From positions 155-64,154 of the forward strand of contig JAGDWE010000055.1 of NCBI GenBank assembly GCA_023255965.1: a stretch of 64,000 bases of DNA. Reading direction: 5' to 3'. The DNA comes from Desulfurococcales archaeon (GTDB lineage: Archaea; Thermoproteota; Thermoprotei_A; Sulfolobales; NBVN01). This document shows, one piece after another, positions 40,649-50,697 of this stretch (positions within the stretch are counted from its first letter, which is position 1; each line of letters starts with the position of its first letter). Made by a program: the position numbers and the translations under genes. The notes below the pieces were generated by a model, which was given only the letters and a program-made list of their open reading frames with translations, made no database searches and had not been told where the DNA came from.

Positions 40649-42127
40649 CTAATCCCTTAAACAGGTTTTCCCTGTACTTAACCCACCTTTAAGGCTGAAC
40701 GCTTTGAACCCCTTAGACCTTAAAGCCGAGGCCCAGACGCTACTTAATTGCCCGCTATCACAGTAAATGAGGATAGGTTTATCCTTAGGTAGGTCGCCTA
40801 GGTTTATATCGTAGATGCTTAGCGCACCACTATAGTGCCACTTCTCAAAGTCCTTCTTATCCCTAGCATCTATTACAACGACATCCTCCGGTATGAAGTC
40901 TAGCTCTAGCGTTAAATCATTAAGTACATCGTAAACATCTACATTAACTAATTCATAAACTTTAACCGAATTACTTATATTCCGTATGAAGTCGTCACCT
41001 ACTTTCTTAGACTCACTTATGAGTATGTTTAAATCTGCCCTCGTAGTCACAGGACCTGAGGTTATAGCGCATAATTCAATAACCTTAGACGAATCTTCGT
41101 AAGTCCCTAAGGACCTCGCTATCTTAATTATCTCATCCTTATCCATAGATATTAAAGGCCTTAATATAGGCAGTCTGTAGTCGGCCGGCAAGCTCTCCTC
41201 AATGACCCTTAAGTTTTTCAGCGTCTGAGATGATGCCTGACCCAACGATTCACCAGTCCCTATCGCATCGTATCCATTATTTTTAGCTATGTGTAAGGCT
41301 ATTAAATACATGAACCTGCGTAGAACTACCTGCAGGTAGTCCCTACGGACGTTAGTTAGGATATATGTGATTAATGGCGATAGATCAATTAAATAAAGCT
41401 TCGGACTATATCCATAAAGCCTCCTACCGACCTCCTTGATAACCCTCAATGCATTAACTAAGTTTTTATAATCACCCATCACATAATGGATGAAATCTAC
41501 CTCAGCACCTCTTTTAGCGATTAGCCATGAAGCGACTGCTGAGTCGTAACCTCCTGATATCAGCATTAATACCCTCCCCTCAACGCCTATGGGTAGGCCG
41601 TTAACCCCTTCTAAACAATCAGAGTAGAAGTAGAGATCTTTACCTCTGATCTCTATGAGTATCTCTACATCTGGGTTCTCCAAATCAACCCCAGCACTAT
41701 ATCCCTTTAATACGTCGCCAACAACTCTAGCTACATCCATCGAAGTAAACTCGTGTTCGCCAACTCTTTTGACCCTCACTGCAAACTTCTTACCTTTAAC
41801 GACCTCCTTAAAAAATTCCTCAGCATATCTGCATATATCATTTAATCTATCAAACCTATACTTAACCGCCCTACAAACCTTATGGACCCCAAAAACATCC
41901 TTAATGATATTCTCAACCCCCTCGTCACAATCAGCATATATTATGCCCTCCGATACGCGAACCTCGCTGCATTTAAACTTAAATCTACTTACGGCATCAA
42001 CTATGTTACTCACTAATCTACGTTCAAACCTAGGCCTAGTCCTACTGGACTTGAGCGGAATCTCTCCACTCAATTTAATCACGTACAGCATCTTACCACC
42101 ATCTGAACTCCTTCCCCTGTCCTTCAT
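40649..42127 (-). CDS. thiI: tRNA 4-thiouridine synthase ThiI with C-terminal rhodanese domain
   Basis: THUMP region, PP-loop SGGYDSAVA, and a C-terminal rhodanese domain with active-site CDSGQLS. The likely true start is MLYVIKLSGE at 42091. Confidence 0.88.
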   Translation of the reverse strand: MKDRGRSSDGGKMLYVIKLSGEIPLKSSRTRPRFERRLVSNIVDAVSRFKFKCSEVRVSEGIIYADCDEGVENIIKDVFGVHKVCRAVKYRFDRLNDICRYAEEFFKEVVKGKKFAVRVKRVGEHEFTSMDVARVVGDVLKGYSAGVDLENPDVEILIEIRGKDLYFYSDCLEGVNGLPIGVEGRVLMLISGGYDSAVASWLIAKRGAEVDFIHYVMGDYKNLVNALRVIKEVGRRLYGYSPKLYLIDLSPLITYILTNVRRDYLQVVLRRFMYLIALHIAKNNGYDAIGTGESLGQASSQTLKNLRVIEESLPADYRLPILRPLISMDKDEIIKIARSLGTYEDSSKVIELCAITSGPVTTRADLNILISESKKVGDDFIRNISNSVKVYELVNVDVYDVLNDLTLELDFIPEDVVVIDARDKKDFEKWHYSGALSIYDINLGDLPKDKPILIYCDSGQLSSVWASALRSKGFKAFSLKGGLSTGKTCLRD

Positions 42128-42161
42128 GGCGGGGCTCTCAACACCTATTCGTGCCTACATT

Positions 42162-42198
42162 CTGACCTCCTTCCCGCCCTAAGGGGCGAGGGTTCTCC
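42162..42198 (+). repeat. GC hairpin repeat, looser relative
   Basis: CTGACCTCCTTCCCGCCCTAAGGGGCGAGGGTTCTCC aligns with the reverse complement of the perfect copy (CTCCCCGCCCTAAAGGGCGGGGCTTTC). Confidence 0.55.
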
Positions 42199-42418
42199 TT
42201 AGAGCAGGGAGGTTTGGAGTTACATTCCCTCTGAGAGGGTTTAGCCCCGGGCCTGTCTCCGGCCCATTACCCCTATCCCGCTTAGTGCAGGACTCGGGTA
42301 ACTGTACCGCTGGAGATGGCCCTGGATTTCATGATATGTCGACGTTTCCATAGCAGGTGCCATTAAATAAGCTTCAACATTAAAATATATTATTAATTTC
42401 TAATCATTCCTCCATAAT

Positions 42419-44497
42419 TCAATGTACTATTGTTATTAGGAGGTTATATTGGGTTATGTATGTTACGAATACTAGCGAAACGACGCTCATCAATTTAATT
42501 AATATGTTAATTGAGGGACCGGAAGCGTCTTTAAGCGGATCGCCGACGGTATCACCTATTACGGCTGCTTTATGCGCGTCACTGCCCTTACCCCCGAACT
42601 TACCCTCCTCAATATGCTTCTTGGCATTATCCCAAGTATTACCTACGTTCCCTTGAAATAACCCCAGTAGGAGTCCTGTAACTATTGATGCAAATAACAT
42701 ACCGCCTAACGCGTAAGGCCCTAGCGTAAATCCAATGAGGAGGGGTGCTACTATAGCTACCATACCAGGTAGAACCAACTTCTTAATAGCTGATGTAGTA
42801 ACTATTGATACTACTTTTCCATAATCTGGTTTCTCCTTAAACTCTAGTATTCCTGGCTTTTCCCTAAATTGCCGCCTGATCTCATCTATCAACACGAAGG
42901 CAGTATCACTTACAGCCATGACTACTAATGAGGTAAATAGGGCAGGCAACACCCCACCTATGAAGGCCCCAGATAGTACCATTGGGTCGATGATCGATAG
43001 CTTGATCTTAATCATCTCCACGGCTAGCCCTAATTTACTTGAATACGCTGCCAGGAAAGCCAGCGCGGTAAGTGCTGCCGAACCTATGGCAAAGCCCTTA
43101 GATATAGACTTCATGGTGTTACCAGCAGAATCGAGCATATCAGTTATCATCCTAACCTCCCTACCTAGACCAGCCTGCTCTGCTATACCGGCAGCATTAT
43201 CTGTTATCGGACCATAGGCATCTGCGGAAACAACTATCCCTGTAAGCGCTAACATGCCTACAGCGGCTAGCGCCACTCCATATATGCCGTACCAGAACCC
43301 ACCATAAGCGTATAATATGTAGAACGATATTAACTCAGCTATAGCTATACCTGCGGACGGTACGACGACGCTTAGGAACCCATATGAGAACCCACTTAAT
43401 ATAGTTAATGCTGGACCCATCTGAGACATCATTGCTACCTTCCTTACCGGCGGCTTATCCTTATTAGTAAAGTAATCAGATGTAAACCCTATTAACACCC
43501 CAGCAATAAGACCTGAGATAATTACTACCCAGACCCTTATACCCAGTTCGAAACCTAATAAGCTCGTAGATAGCGGGTAAGTTATAACTGCAATTATAGT
43601 AGCGCCTAGGACGCTGGCTAATGTTAAAGGCTTAGATGGGTTACCGCCTTCCTTAACTCTAACCGTAAATGTAACCAGTACCGAGGCAATAATACCTGCA
43701 GCCGCTACAAGTAGAGGATATAAAGTAAGCCCTAGGGTAATCCTACTACCTACTAGGGACGTAGCCGCTATAATCATAGTTGAAATTATAGCCCCTACGT
43801 AGGATTCAAATAAATCAGCTCCCATACCCGCTACATCACCTACGTTATCGCCTACGTTATCTGCTATCACTCCAGGATTTCTCGGATCATCTTCAGGTAT
43901 TCCCTTCTCGACCTTACCCACTAAATCGGCACCTATATCCGCTGCCTTAGTATAAATTCCTCCACCAGCCCTCGCAAATAATGCAACAGTGCTTGCACCA
44001 AAACTATACCCTATGATGTCATTTACCACCTCTGCTGTACCGCCATATGCTAAATACTGCAACGTTATAAGTAAAGTGCCTAGGCCAACGACTAATAACC
44101 CCATCACAGAGCCGCCATGGAATGCAAGCGTTAGCGCCTTACTTAATCCATATTCTTTGGCAGCATTTGCTGTCCTTACATTGGCGTTAACAGCAACGTA
44201 CATGCCTATAAAACCAGCTGCAGTGGACGATAGAGCTCCTAATATATATGATATTGCAACCCTATAGGACACTAATGCAGCTAATATTACTGCCAGCGCG
44301 GTAGCTATTAGTAGGATGATTGAGTACTGCTTCCTGAGATATGCTACCGCACCCTCCTTAATGAACTCCGATATCTCAACCATCCTACCGCTACCGGCGG
44401 GGAACTTAAGTATCCTATACGCGAGGAGGAATGCGTAAGCTATAGCTACTAGGCTTACGGCTATCACCATCTCCATCAACATAGTATTCAACACCAC
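42419..44497 (-). CDS. hppA: Membrane-bound proton-translocating inorganic pyrophosphatase
   Basis: 692 aa, polytopic, with GGGIYTKAADIGADLVGKVE and DNVGDNVGD signatures. Confidence 0.95.
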   Translation of the reverse strand: MVLNTMLMEMVIAVSLVAIAYAFLLAYRILKFPAGSGRMVEISEFIKEGAVAYLRKQYSIILLIATALAVILAALVSYRVAISYILGALSSTAAGFIGMYVAVNANVRTANAAKEYGLSKALTLAFHGGSVMGLLVVGLGTLLITLQYLAYGGTAEVVNDIIGYSFGASTVALFARAGGGIYTKAADIGADLVGKVEKGIPEDDPRNPGVIADNVGDNVGDVAGMGADLFESYVGAIISTMIIAATSLVGSRITLGLTLYPLLVAAAGIIASVLVTFTVRVKEGGNPSKPLTLASVLGATIIAVITYPLSTSLLGFELGIRVWVVIISGLIAGVLIGFTSDYFTNKDKPPVRKVAMMSQMGPALTILSGFSYGFLSVVVPSAGIAIAELISFYILYAYGGFWYGIYGVALAAVGMLALTGIVVSADAYGPITDNAAGIAEQAGLGREVRMITDMLDSAGNTMKSISKGFAIGSAALTALAFLAAYSSKLGLAVEMIKIKLSIIDPMVLSGAFIGGVLPALFTSLVVMAVSDTAFVLIDEIRRQFREKPGILEFKEKPDYGKVVSIVTTSAIKKLVLPGMVAIVAPLLIGFTLGPYALGGMLFASIVTGLLLGLFQGNVGNTWDNAKKHIEEGKFGGKGSDAHKAAVIGDTVGDPLKDASGPSINILIKLMSVVSLVFVTYITQYNLLITIVH

Positions 44498-44595
44498 CTA
44501 ATTCCTTTAAGGCAGGCCTTATAAATTTAACAATATGAAACATTATTCCCTTGGACGTGATACATGTGCAATTCATTATAATTTATAACAATAAA

Positions 44596-45570
44596 TTATT
44601 TGGAACCTAATGAAATTACCTCCCTAACCGCCGACTCGATAGCCTCCCTCGAATTCATAGTAGGTCTCCAACCAATTCCCCTTAATTTCCTTATATCTAG
44701 TAACATAAATTTGACATCCCCTATCCAACCTCTACCATCATTTGTCGTCTTAACATAATGGAATTCCACATCATCTAGATTTAAGGCCTTTGAAACTATC
44801 CTAGCAATTTCATTAACATCTATCCAATCCTCATTACCTACATTAAAGATCTCATAAGGGTTATGCGAATTCATGGAGTAATCGACAGCCACCTCCACGG
44901 CATTTATAAAATCGCTAACATGTAGGTAGCTCTTTCTTTGAGTTCCATCACCAAGTATCTCAAGCCTAGACGGATCTTTACGTAGCTTCCTTATGAAGTC
45001 AATTATAACTCCATGTGTTTGTCTGGGTCCGACTATATTGGCCAACCTCAATATGATGCCCTTTATTCCATATAGTTTGCTGTACGTTATAATTAAATTT
45101 TCAGATGCGAGCTTACTAGCGCCGTATACTGATATAGGTTCTAATGGAGCGTAGTCCTCAGGTGTTGGGATTACCCGAGCATCGCCGTAGACTGTGCTAC
45201 TGCTCGTAAATGCTATGGCCTTAACTTTATTAATCCTACATGCCTCTAGAACGTTAAATGTTGCTAGTACGTTCTCATTAAAGTGAGTCCTAGGATCAGT
45301 AACAGATACTCGTACCTCCGGATTAGCGGCTAAGTGGTAGACCACATCTACATCCTTAAATGCTAGCACTAAGTCGTCATTAAACTCCTTAAGATCCAAC
45401 TTAAGATACTTTATGTATTCTCCCTCAACAAGTTTCTTAATGTATTGATAATTACCTGAGCTTAAATTGTCAATCACGGTTACCCTATACCCCCTACTAA
45501 CTAAACGATCAACTAGGTGGGAGCCGATAAACCCAGCTCCTCCTGTTACCAATACGTTCAACTGAATCAC
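44596..45570 (-). CDS. NAD-dependent sugar-nucleotide epimerase/dehydratase (GalE-like SDR)
   Basis: GGAGFIGSH Rossmann motif and catalytic YGASK. Confidence 0.88.
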   Translation of the reverse strand: MIQLNVLVTGGAGFIGSHLVDRLVSRGYRVTVIDNLSSGNYQYIKKLVEGEYIKYLKLDLKEFNDDLVLAFKDVDVVYHLAANPEVRVSVTDPRTHFNENVLATFNVLEACRINKVKAIAFTSSSTVYGDARVIPTPEDYAPLEPISVYGASKLASENLIITYSKLYGIKGIILRLANIVGPRQTHGVIIDFIRKLRKDPSRLEILGDGTQRKSYLHVSDFINAVEVAVDYSMNSHNPYEIFNVGNEDWIDVNEIARIVSKALNLDDVEFHYVKTTNDGRGWIGDVKFMLLDIRKLRGIGWRPTMNSREAIESAVREVISLGSK

Positions 45571-45585
45571 CTCGTTAACTTCGGT

Positions 45586-46599
45586 TCAGGTAATTCTAAA
45601 CCCCCTGTTAAAATTACCTAAATTCAATAACCTTAAGTACTCTATATCGACCGCCTTATTAATCGGCCACATATTTGACGGCCTTCTAAGGTCGTTAACC
45701 TTCATTATTAAATCAACTAACTTACTAATTTTCTCATCCCTGCTTAAAGTGCTTTGGATTACGTCCTTAACTGGCACCCTGATATTAAGGCTTAAACACG
45801 GCATTAAAGCACCATCTGGTGCAATCCTAATTCTACTACACCCAGCGCAAAATATCGGATTTAATACCGGCCTCACAACCTCAACCGTTGTACCAGTAGG
45901 TAACACATATATCGGTCTATTATGTAGTTCCCCCCTTACTATGATCCTGGATGACGCCTTACTCAGCTCACTTAGGAAATTATCAAGAGATACAAAGTAA
46001 TCACTAAATACTTCCTTACCTCTCCCAATAGGATGTAATTCAATAAGTTGAACATGTATCCCTAAATTCTCTGCAAATCTAATGATCGCCCATAATTCAT
46101 CCTCATTAACTCCACCCAAAACAACAGTATTCAACTTAACCTTATTAAGTCCATAATTAACTGCTTCCTTAATGCCCTCAATCACGTTATAAAGACCGTC
46201 AACGCCAGTGATCTCCTTAAATTTATATGGGCTTAAAGTATGTAGGCTGATATTTACCCTCATTAATCCAGCATCAACTAACTTGCTGATGTACTTACTT
46301 AGATAATATCCATTAGTTGTCAGTGATATATCATCCCCCCTACCATACTCTCTAAGAACTCTAACTATTTCGACAACATCACTCCTAACGAGGGGTTCCC
46401 CACCTGTTACCTTATACCTCTTAATACCGACCCTACTAAGCGCCTCAGCAATAATACCTATTTCCTCATAATTTAATTCCTCAGAAACTAAGTACGTACC
46501 CTCCCTATGGCAGAAGAAACAACTAAAATTACATGCTAGTGTAACAACTAATCTGGCATTTAATAACGGCCGTCCATACTTGTCATGCAGGGTCGTTAA
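45586..46599 (-). CDS. moaA: GTP 3',8-cyclase MoaA (radical SAM); start codon unresolved
   Basis: The ORF track begins at ATG 46263, but the same frame is open up to the stop at 46611..46609. That upstream stretch encodes LHDKYGRPLLNARLVVTLACNFSCFFCHREG (CxxxCxxC) and GGEPL. The C-terminal cluster CAGCSRIR lies in the tracked part. Confidence 0.85.
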   Translation of the reverse strand, partial: LTTLHDKYGRPLLNARLVVTLACNFSCFFCHREGTYLVSEELNYEEIGIIAEALSRVGIKRYKVTGGEPLVRSDVVEIVRVLREYGRGDDISLTTNGYYLSKYISKLVDAGLMRVNISLHTLSPYKFKEITGVDGLYNVIEGIKEAVNYGLNKVKLNTVVLGGVNEDELWAIIRFAENLGIHVQLIELHPIGRGKEVFSDYFVSLDNFLSELSKASSRIIVRGELHNRPIYVLPTGTTVEVVRPVLNPIFCAGCSRIRIAPDGALMPCLSLNIRVPVKDVIQSTLSRDEKISKLVDLIMKVNDLRRPSNMWPINKAVDIEYLRLLNLGNFNRGFRIT

Positions 46600-47105
46600 A
46601 TAGCACCTCTAATTATTAATCTGAATGAACTAAATATATTCTAAACGAACTATAGAGGTTAAGCTTTCATTGTTATTAACAATGCTGTCGCTCGCTATCA
46701 CTCCCTTATGCGCTCCTACCTTCCAATCAGAAACATGCTGGCATCATTTAATTCATTAAGCTCATCATGCGGGTCCTCGAACGGGAAACATTATGAGCAA
46801 AGGCCTTGTTATTTATAGCTGAATGAGGGCTCTTAAATCTTGCATCCTACGTCATCTAGCGATGATCCAGGATGGGGACCTCTGGCCGCTCAACTGCCCA
46901 GCAAATGAGGGATGTAATCGAATAGATGTTGGAGTGCCTCTCCGCTCTAAGAGGGCCTATGCATATATTTTGGTTTAACCCCCCTTATTTTGAGGGCGAT
47001 TAAGGGCTTAAGCTCCCTTACCAGCATTTAATCTGATTATCGATTCCGCACCTTCATTTTGGAAACACATCATCAAGTGCATCGTAGGACATGAGTTCAT
47101 GTATA

Positions 47106-47132
47106 CCCACCATAAATGGCGGGCTTTCGGTT
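47106..47132 (+). repeat. GC hairpin repeat, diverged copy
   Basis: CCCACCATAAATGGCGGGCTTTCGGTT aligns with the reverse complement of the perfect copies (CCCCGCCCTAAAGGGCGGGGCTTTCAGTT). Confidence 0.6.
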
Positions 47133-47237
47133 ACAAGATAAAGATTGATTAAAAACATTAAGCTTATTATTAATATTATATTACAGATATTGAATCAGTA
47201 AACAGCGACCTCTAAGGGATAGGGGGTAGATGGTAAT

Positions 47238-47444
47238 ATGAAAACGTCTGGGAGGCTAAATGACGGAGTATGTAGTAGGTGTGGTGGGAGAACATTTATA
47301 CTTATTGAAGTTGAAACCTATGGGAACGGGCTAAAACATGTAAGGTATTTAAATAAGTGTAGGGTATGTGGTAATTTAAGTACTATAGAGGAATTAATGA
47401 TCCGTAGAAATGATAGTGGATTAGCCATATACGTTAAAAAATAA
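47238..47444 (+). CDS. Small zinc-ribbon protein (hypothetical, 68 aa)
   Basis: Two CxxC pairs (CSRCGG...CRVCGN). No other homology recognised. Confidence 0.45.
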   Translation: MKTSGRLNDGVCSRCGGRTFILIEVETYGNGLKHVRYLNKCRVCGNLSTIEELMIRRNDSGLAIYVKK

Positions 47445-47469
47445 ATCAAATCAAAAATCATTTTTAGGT

Positions 47470-48216
47470 TCATAAAATGATTGAAACTATGTCAGATACG
47501 GCCTTGAGGTAATGTAGGGGCATTAGCAGGCCTATGCTTAAATTCTTAGGCGATGTAATTGACTTAACCCAAATGCTCTGTCCGCCAGCATCTAAGTAGC
47601 TTTCAAGGAATTTCCTAGTAAATGCTTTAAATCCATTTAAATCTATGACGTACCTATAGCTAGCGAATAATAGGGTTAACATTAAGTCCCATCCAAATAG
47701 CTCCGGCGACCCTTTCCTTACGGCTTGTTCAGCATCTATTATATATACGTCCTCACCTTTAATGATAAAGTTTGAGGGCTTAACATCACCTAGCGCGAAC
47801 CCCTTTAAGTGTACATCAGCTAAAGCTCTAGCTATTAATGCACATGTGTCCAAGTTATACACCAGCGGCTTTCCATCAATGAATTCCCTAATTATGATTA
47901 AATCCGACTCAACAACCTCATAAATCCTTGGTACCCTGTATCTAGCCCCGTCCCCAGCGCTGAAGAAGAATACCTCCCTATTAAACCTTTCCTGAGGCGA
48001 TATCACGAACGGATATGATGCCTTATACAGCATGGATGGCGGTAGCCACTTAAGTAAGCCTATTTGCTTTTGGAAGCTCTTCCTAACGGCCTTTAAGCCG
48101 TTCCATTCAATTACTTCTATCTGTCCAAGTAGGTTATCGATGCTTAATAGGTGCGTCTCAAAAATGTTCTTCAGATAATCAATGATTTCATTGATTATGT
48201 TTCTATATTCACCCAT
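47470..48216 (-). CDS. Atypical protein kinase-like protein (Bud32/RIO-like fold)
   Basis: Catalytic-loop-like LGDVKPSNFII and IIDAEQA (DFG-equivalent); 248 aa. Confidence 0.5.
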   Translation of the reverse strand: MGEYRNIINEIIDYLKNIFETHLLSIDNLLGQIEVIEWNGLKAVRKSFQKQIGLLKWLPPSMLYKASYPFVISPQERFNREVFFFSAGDGARYRVPRIYEVVESDLIIIREFIDGKPLVYNLDTCALIARALADVHLKGFALGDVKPSNFIIKGEDVYIIDAEQAVRKGSPELFGWDLMLTLLFASYRYVIDLNGFKAFTRKFLESYLDAGGQSIWVKSITSPKNLSIGLLMPLHYLKAVSDIVSIIL

Positions 48217-48224
48217 TATTCCAT

Positions 48225-48764
48225 CTATACACCGATGTTAAGCCCTAATCTAAATGCCTTCTTATTTAGCTCGCTCCACTCCTCGCCTACCACCTCATCA
48301 ATAGCCATTTCAACTGCCTCTGGATTAATTAGTTTAGTTGTCCCTATTAAATGCCCTAACGCAACCATATTGGCTACGCGTATATTGCCTATCTCCCTCT
48401 CAGCTAATTTGGTATATGATGCCCTAAGTACCCTCCAGCCAACATTACTCGGTAATTCACTTACATATGTTTCATCAACATATACTGTGCCATTGCTCTT
48501 TACCAATGATGAGAACTTAACTAGCTGTGCTTGATGCATAAATATCGCTATATCAGCCTTCCTAACTTTTATGAAGTCTAATTCCTCCTCATTATTGGAT
48601 ATTATAAGATCCGCCCTTGAGTCCCCACCTCTGGTCTCAGCTACGTAGGACTCGCTGCATGTTACATATAGATTACTGTATTTAGATGCAGCAACCCCTA
48701 ATACCCTACCAATTAGCAGTATTCCTTGACCCCCTCTACCAGCTATCAATAGTTCATATCGCAT
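48225..48764 (-). CDS. 2-oxoacid:ferredoxin oxidoreductase, gamma subunit
   Basis: LLIAGRGGQGILLIGRVLG motif. Last gene of the delta-alpha-beta-gamma operon. Confidence 0.85.
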   Translation of the reverse strand: MRYELLIAGRGGQGILLIGRVLGVAASKYSNLYVTCSESYVAETRGGDSRADLIISNNEEELDFIKVRKADIAIFMHQAQLVKFSSLVKSNGTVYVDETYVSELPSNVGWRVLRASYTKLAEREIGNIRVANMVALGHLIGTTKLINPEAVEMAIDEVVGEEWSELNKKAFRLGLNIGV

Positions 48765-48766
48765 AA

Positions 48767-49582
48767 TTAGCTCCCATACAACAATTTAATGAATCCGCTC
48801 TTATATTCATTTACGTATTCCCCGAGGACTATTTCCTTACCCCATACTATATCTGATTCATCTATCGATGGCTTTGCTTTAAACTTAATCATCGACTTCA
48901 ACTTATTAAAGAGTTCGACGGGATTTCTAAACCCTATATGCCTGCCAAATACCTCTGGGCATATGGATATTACCTCAATAAACGAGAACCCATCCCTACT
49001 TAATGCGTTGTATATATATCTCTCAATTAGGTGTGGGTGAGTGACCGAAGCCCTAGCCACGTAATTAGTGTTTAATGACGAAACCAACTTGATGAGGTTA
49101 AGTGGGTATTCTAGGTTTCCGTACGGTGTGGTCGTCGTGTAGACCTTCATGGGCGTCGTCGGAGCTACCTGACCGCCGGTCATACCGTATACCATGTTAT
49201 TAACCATTATAACGGTAATGTCCATATTCCTACGAGCTGAATGCAGTAGATGATTACCCCCTATTGCCGCTATATCCCCATCTCCACCAATCACTATGAC
49301 CTTTAGGTTAGGTTTGATAACTTTTAGACCTATCGCAAATGGTATAGCCCTTCCATGAATTACGTGGGCTGAATCGAAGTTCAGGTAGAGGGTCGCTCTA
49401 GCCGTACACCCTATACCTGATACGGTTGCAACATCGTCCTGAGTAAAGTGTCCTTCACTAATATGTCTATCTATGGCTCTGAGCATTGCTGAAATAACTA
49501 TTCCTATCCCGCACCCAGGACACCATATGTGAGGTAGCCTATCAGTTCTTAAGTACCTATCTAATGGGTGAATTATATCCAT
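48767..49582 (-). CDS. 2-oxoacid:ferredoxin oxidoreductase, beta (ThDP-binding) subunit
   Basis: WCPGCG cluster ligands and the ThDP motif GGDGD...NN. Confidence 0.9.
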   Translation of the reverse strand: MDIIHPLDRYLRTDRLPHIWCPGCGIGIVISAMLRAIDRHISEGHFTQDDVATVSGIGCTARATLYLNFDSAHVIHGRAIPFAIGLKVIKPNLKVIVIGGDGDIAAIGGNHLLHSARRNMDITVIMVNNMVYGMTGGQVAPTTPMKVYTTTTPYGNLEYPLNLIKLVSSLNTNYVARASVTHPHLIERYIYNALSRDGFSFIEVISICPEVFGRHIGFRNPVELFNKLKSMIKFKAKPSIDESDIVWGKEIVLGEYVNEYKSGFIKLLYGS

Positions 49583-50697
49583 TCCTTCATTACCTCAAAA
49601 ATTTCATCTGGGGTAGGGACCTCTATATCTATTATAGGTATAGATATGACCTCCTTATTCCTTAGGACTCTACTTATCTCACGTACATAGACCCCTACGT
49701 TATTCTCAACGACAAATACTTTCTTAGCCTTAATCGTCGAATTAATTAACATCTCCTCATCTAAGGGCCATAGCAGCTTAGGTCTATATAACCCTACCTT
49801 AATACCCTTACTCCTTAACTCCCGTATTAATGCATACGCCGACCTAGCAGTACTACCGTATGCGATTAATACATAATCGGCATCATCAACTAGATAAGTT
49901 GCTGAGTCGCTTATTAGGTGTTTATTCTTAAGCACCTTATTAACCAATCTCCAAACAAGCCTTCTCTGCACCTCATTAGTTGCCTTATAGTAGCCCCTTT
50001 CATCATGAGTCAGCGATTCAACCAATACCCTATACCCTTCGCCGAAACATGCCATCGGAGGTACTAAATCTTCCTCTGGTTCATATGGCTTATACTTATC
50101 TCTAGGGACTTTAGGCTTCTTCCTATTAACTATGGATACTTCCGGTGGTTCCCTGATAACCACCCTTTCCCATATATGGGCTAAAGTAGCGTCGCTGAGT
50201 AATATGACTGGGACCCTAAGCATTTCTGATACGTTAAATGCCTTAATAGTTAAGTCGAGGCACTCTTGGACCGACCAAGGAGCATATACAACCAATTCGT
50301 AGTTACCGTGGGCAGCCCATCGCACCTGCATCACATCGTACTGACCTGCCTTAGTCGCTATACCGGTTGAAGGGCCTGCCCTCATTACGTAAGCTAAGAC
50401 TAATGGCGTCTCCGTCATTATGGCCAGGCTTAGTGCCTCAACCATTAAGCTAAACCCTGGACCGCTTGTCGCAGTCATCGCTTTAGCACCTGCCCATGAT
50501 GCCCCAATTACGGCGTTTATTGATGCTATTTCATCCTCAAACTGTAGAACTACACCGCCTTTAGTAGGCAACTTACTAGCTAAATACTCAAAAATTTCCG
50601 TTGACGGAGTTATAGGGTAGCCAGCGTAGAACTTAAGTCCAGCTATTATGGCTGCCTCAGCTATGGCGTGATTCCCGGTTAAATATTCGAGCCTCAT
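49573..50697 (-). CDS. 2-oxoacid:ferredoxin oxidoreductase, alpha subunit
   Basis: N-terminal GNHAIAEAAIIAGLKFYAGYPITPSTEI, typical of POR/KOR alpha subunits. Confidence 0.9.
   Translation of the reverse strand: MRLEYLTGNHAIAEAAIIAGLKFYAGYPITPSTEIFEYLASKLPTKGGVVLQFEDEIASINAVIGASWAGAKAMTATSGPGFSLMVEALSLAIMTETPLVLAYVMRAGPSTGIATKAGQYDVMQVRWAAHGNYELVVYAPWSVQECLDLTIKAFNVSEMLRVPVILLSDATLAHIWERVVIREPPEVSIVNRKKPKVPRDKYKPYEPEEDLVPPMACFGEGYRVLVESLTHDERGYYKATNEVQRRLVWRLVNKVLKNKHLISDSATYLVDDADYVLIAYGSTARSAYALIRELRSKGIKVGLYRPKLLWPLDEEMLINSTIKAKKVFVVENNVGVYVREISRVLRNKEVISIPIIDIEVPTPDEIFEVMKEWI

Noticed and set aside
46727-46769. A minus-strand C/D-box-like string: ATGATGA-N14-ATGATGC-N10-CTGA.
   Set aside because: At 43 nt it is too short. 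No D' box is recognisable, there is no spacer for a K-loop, and no terminal stem.
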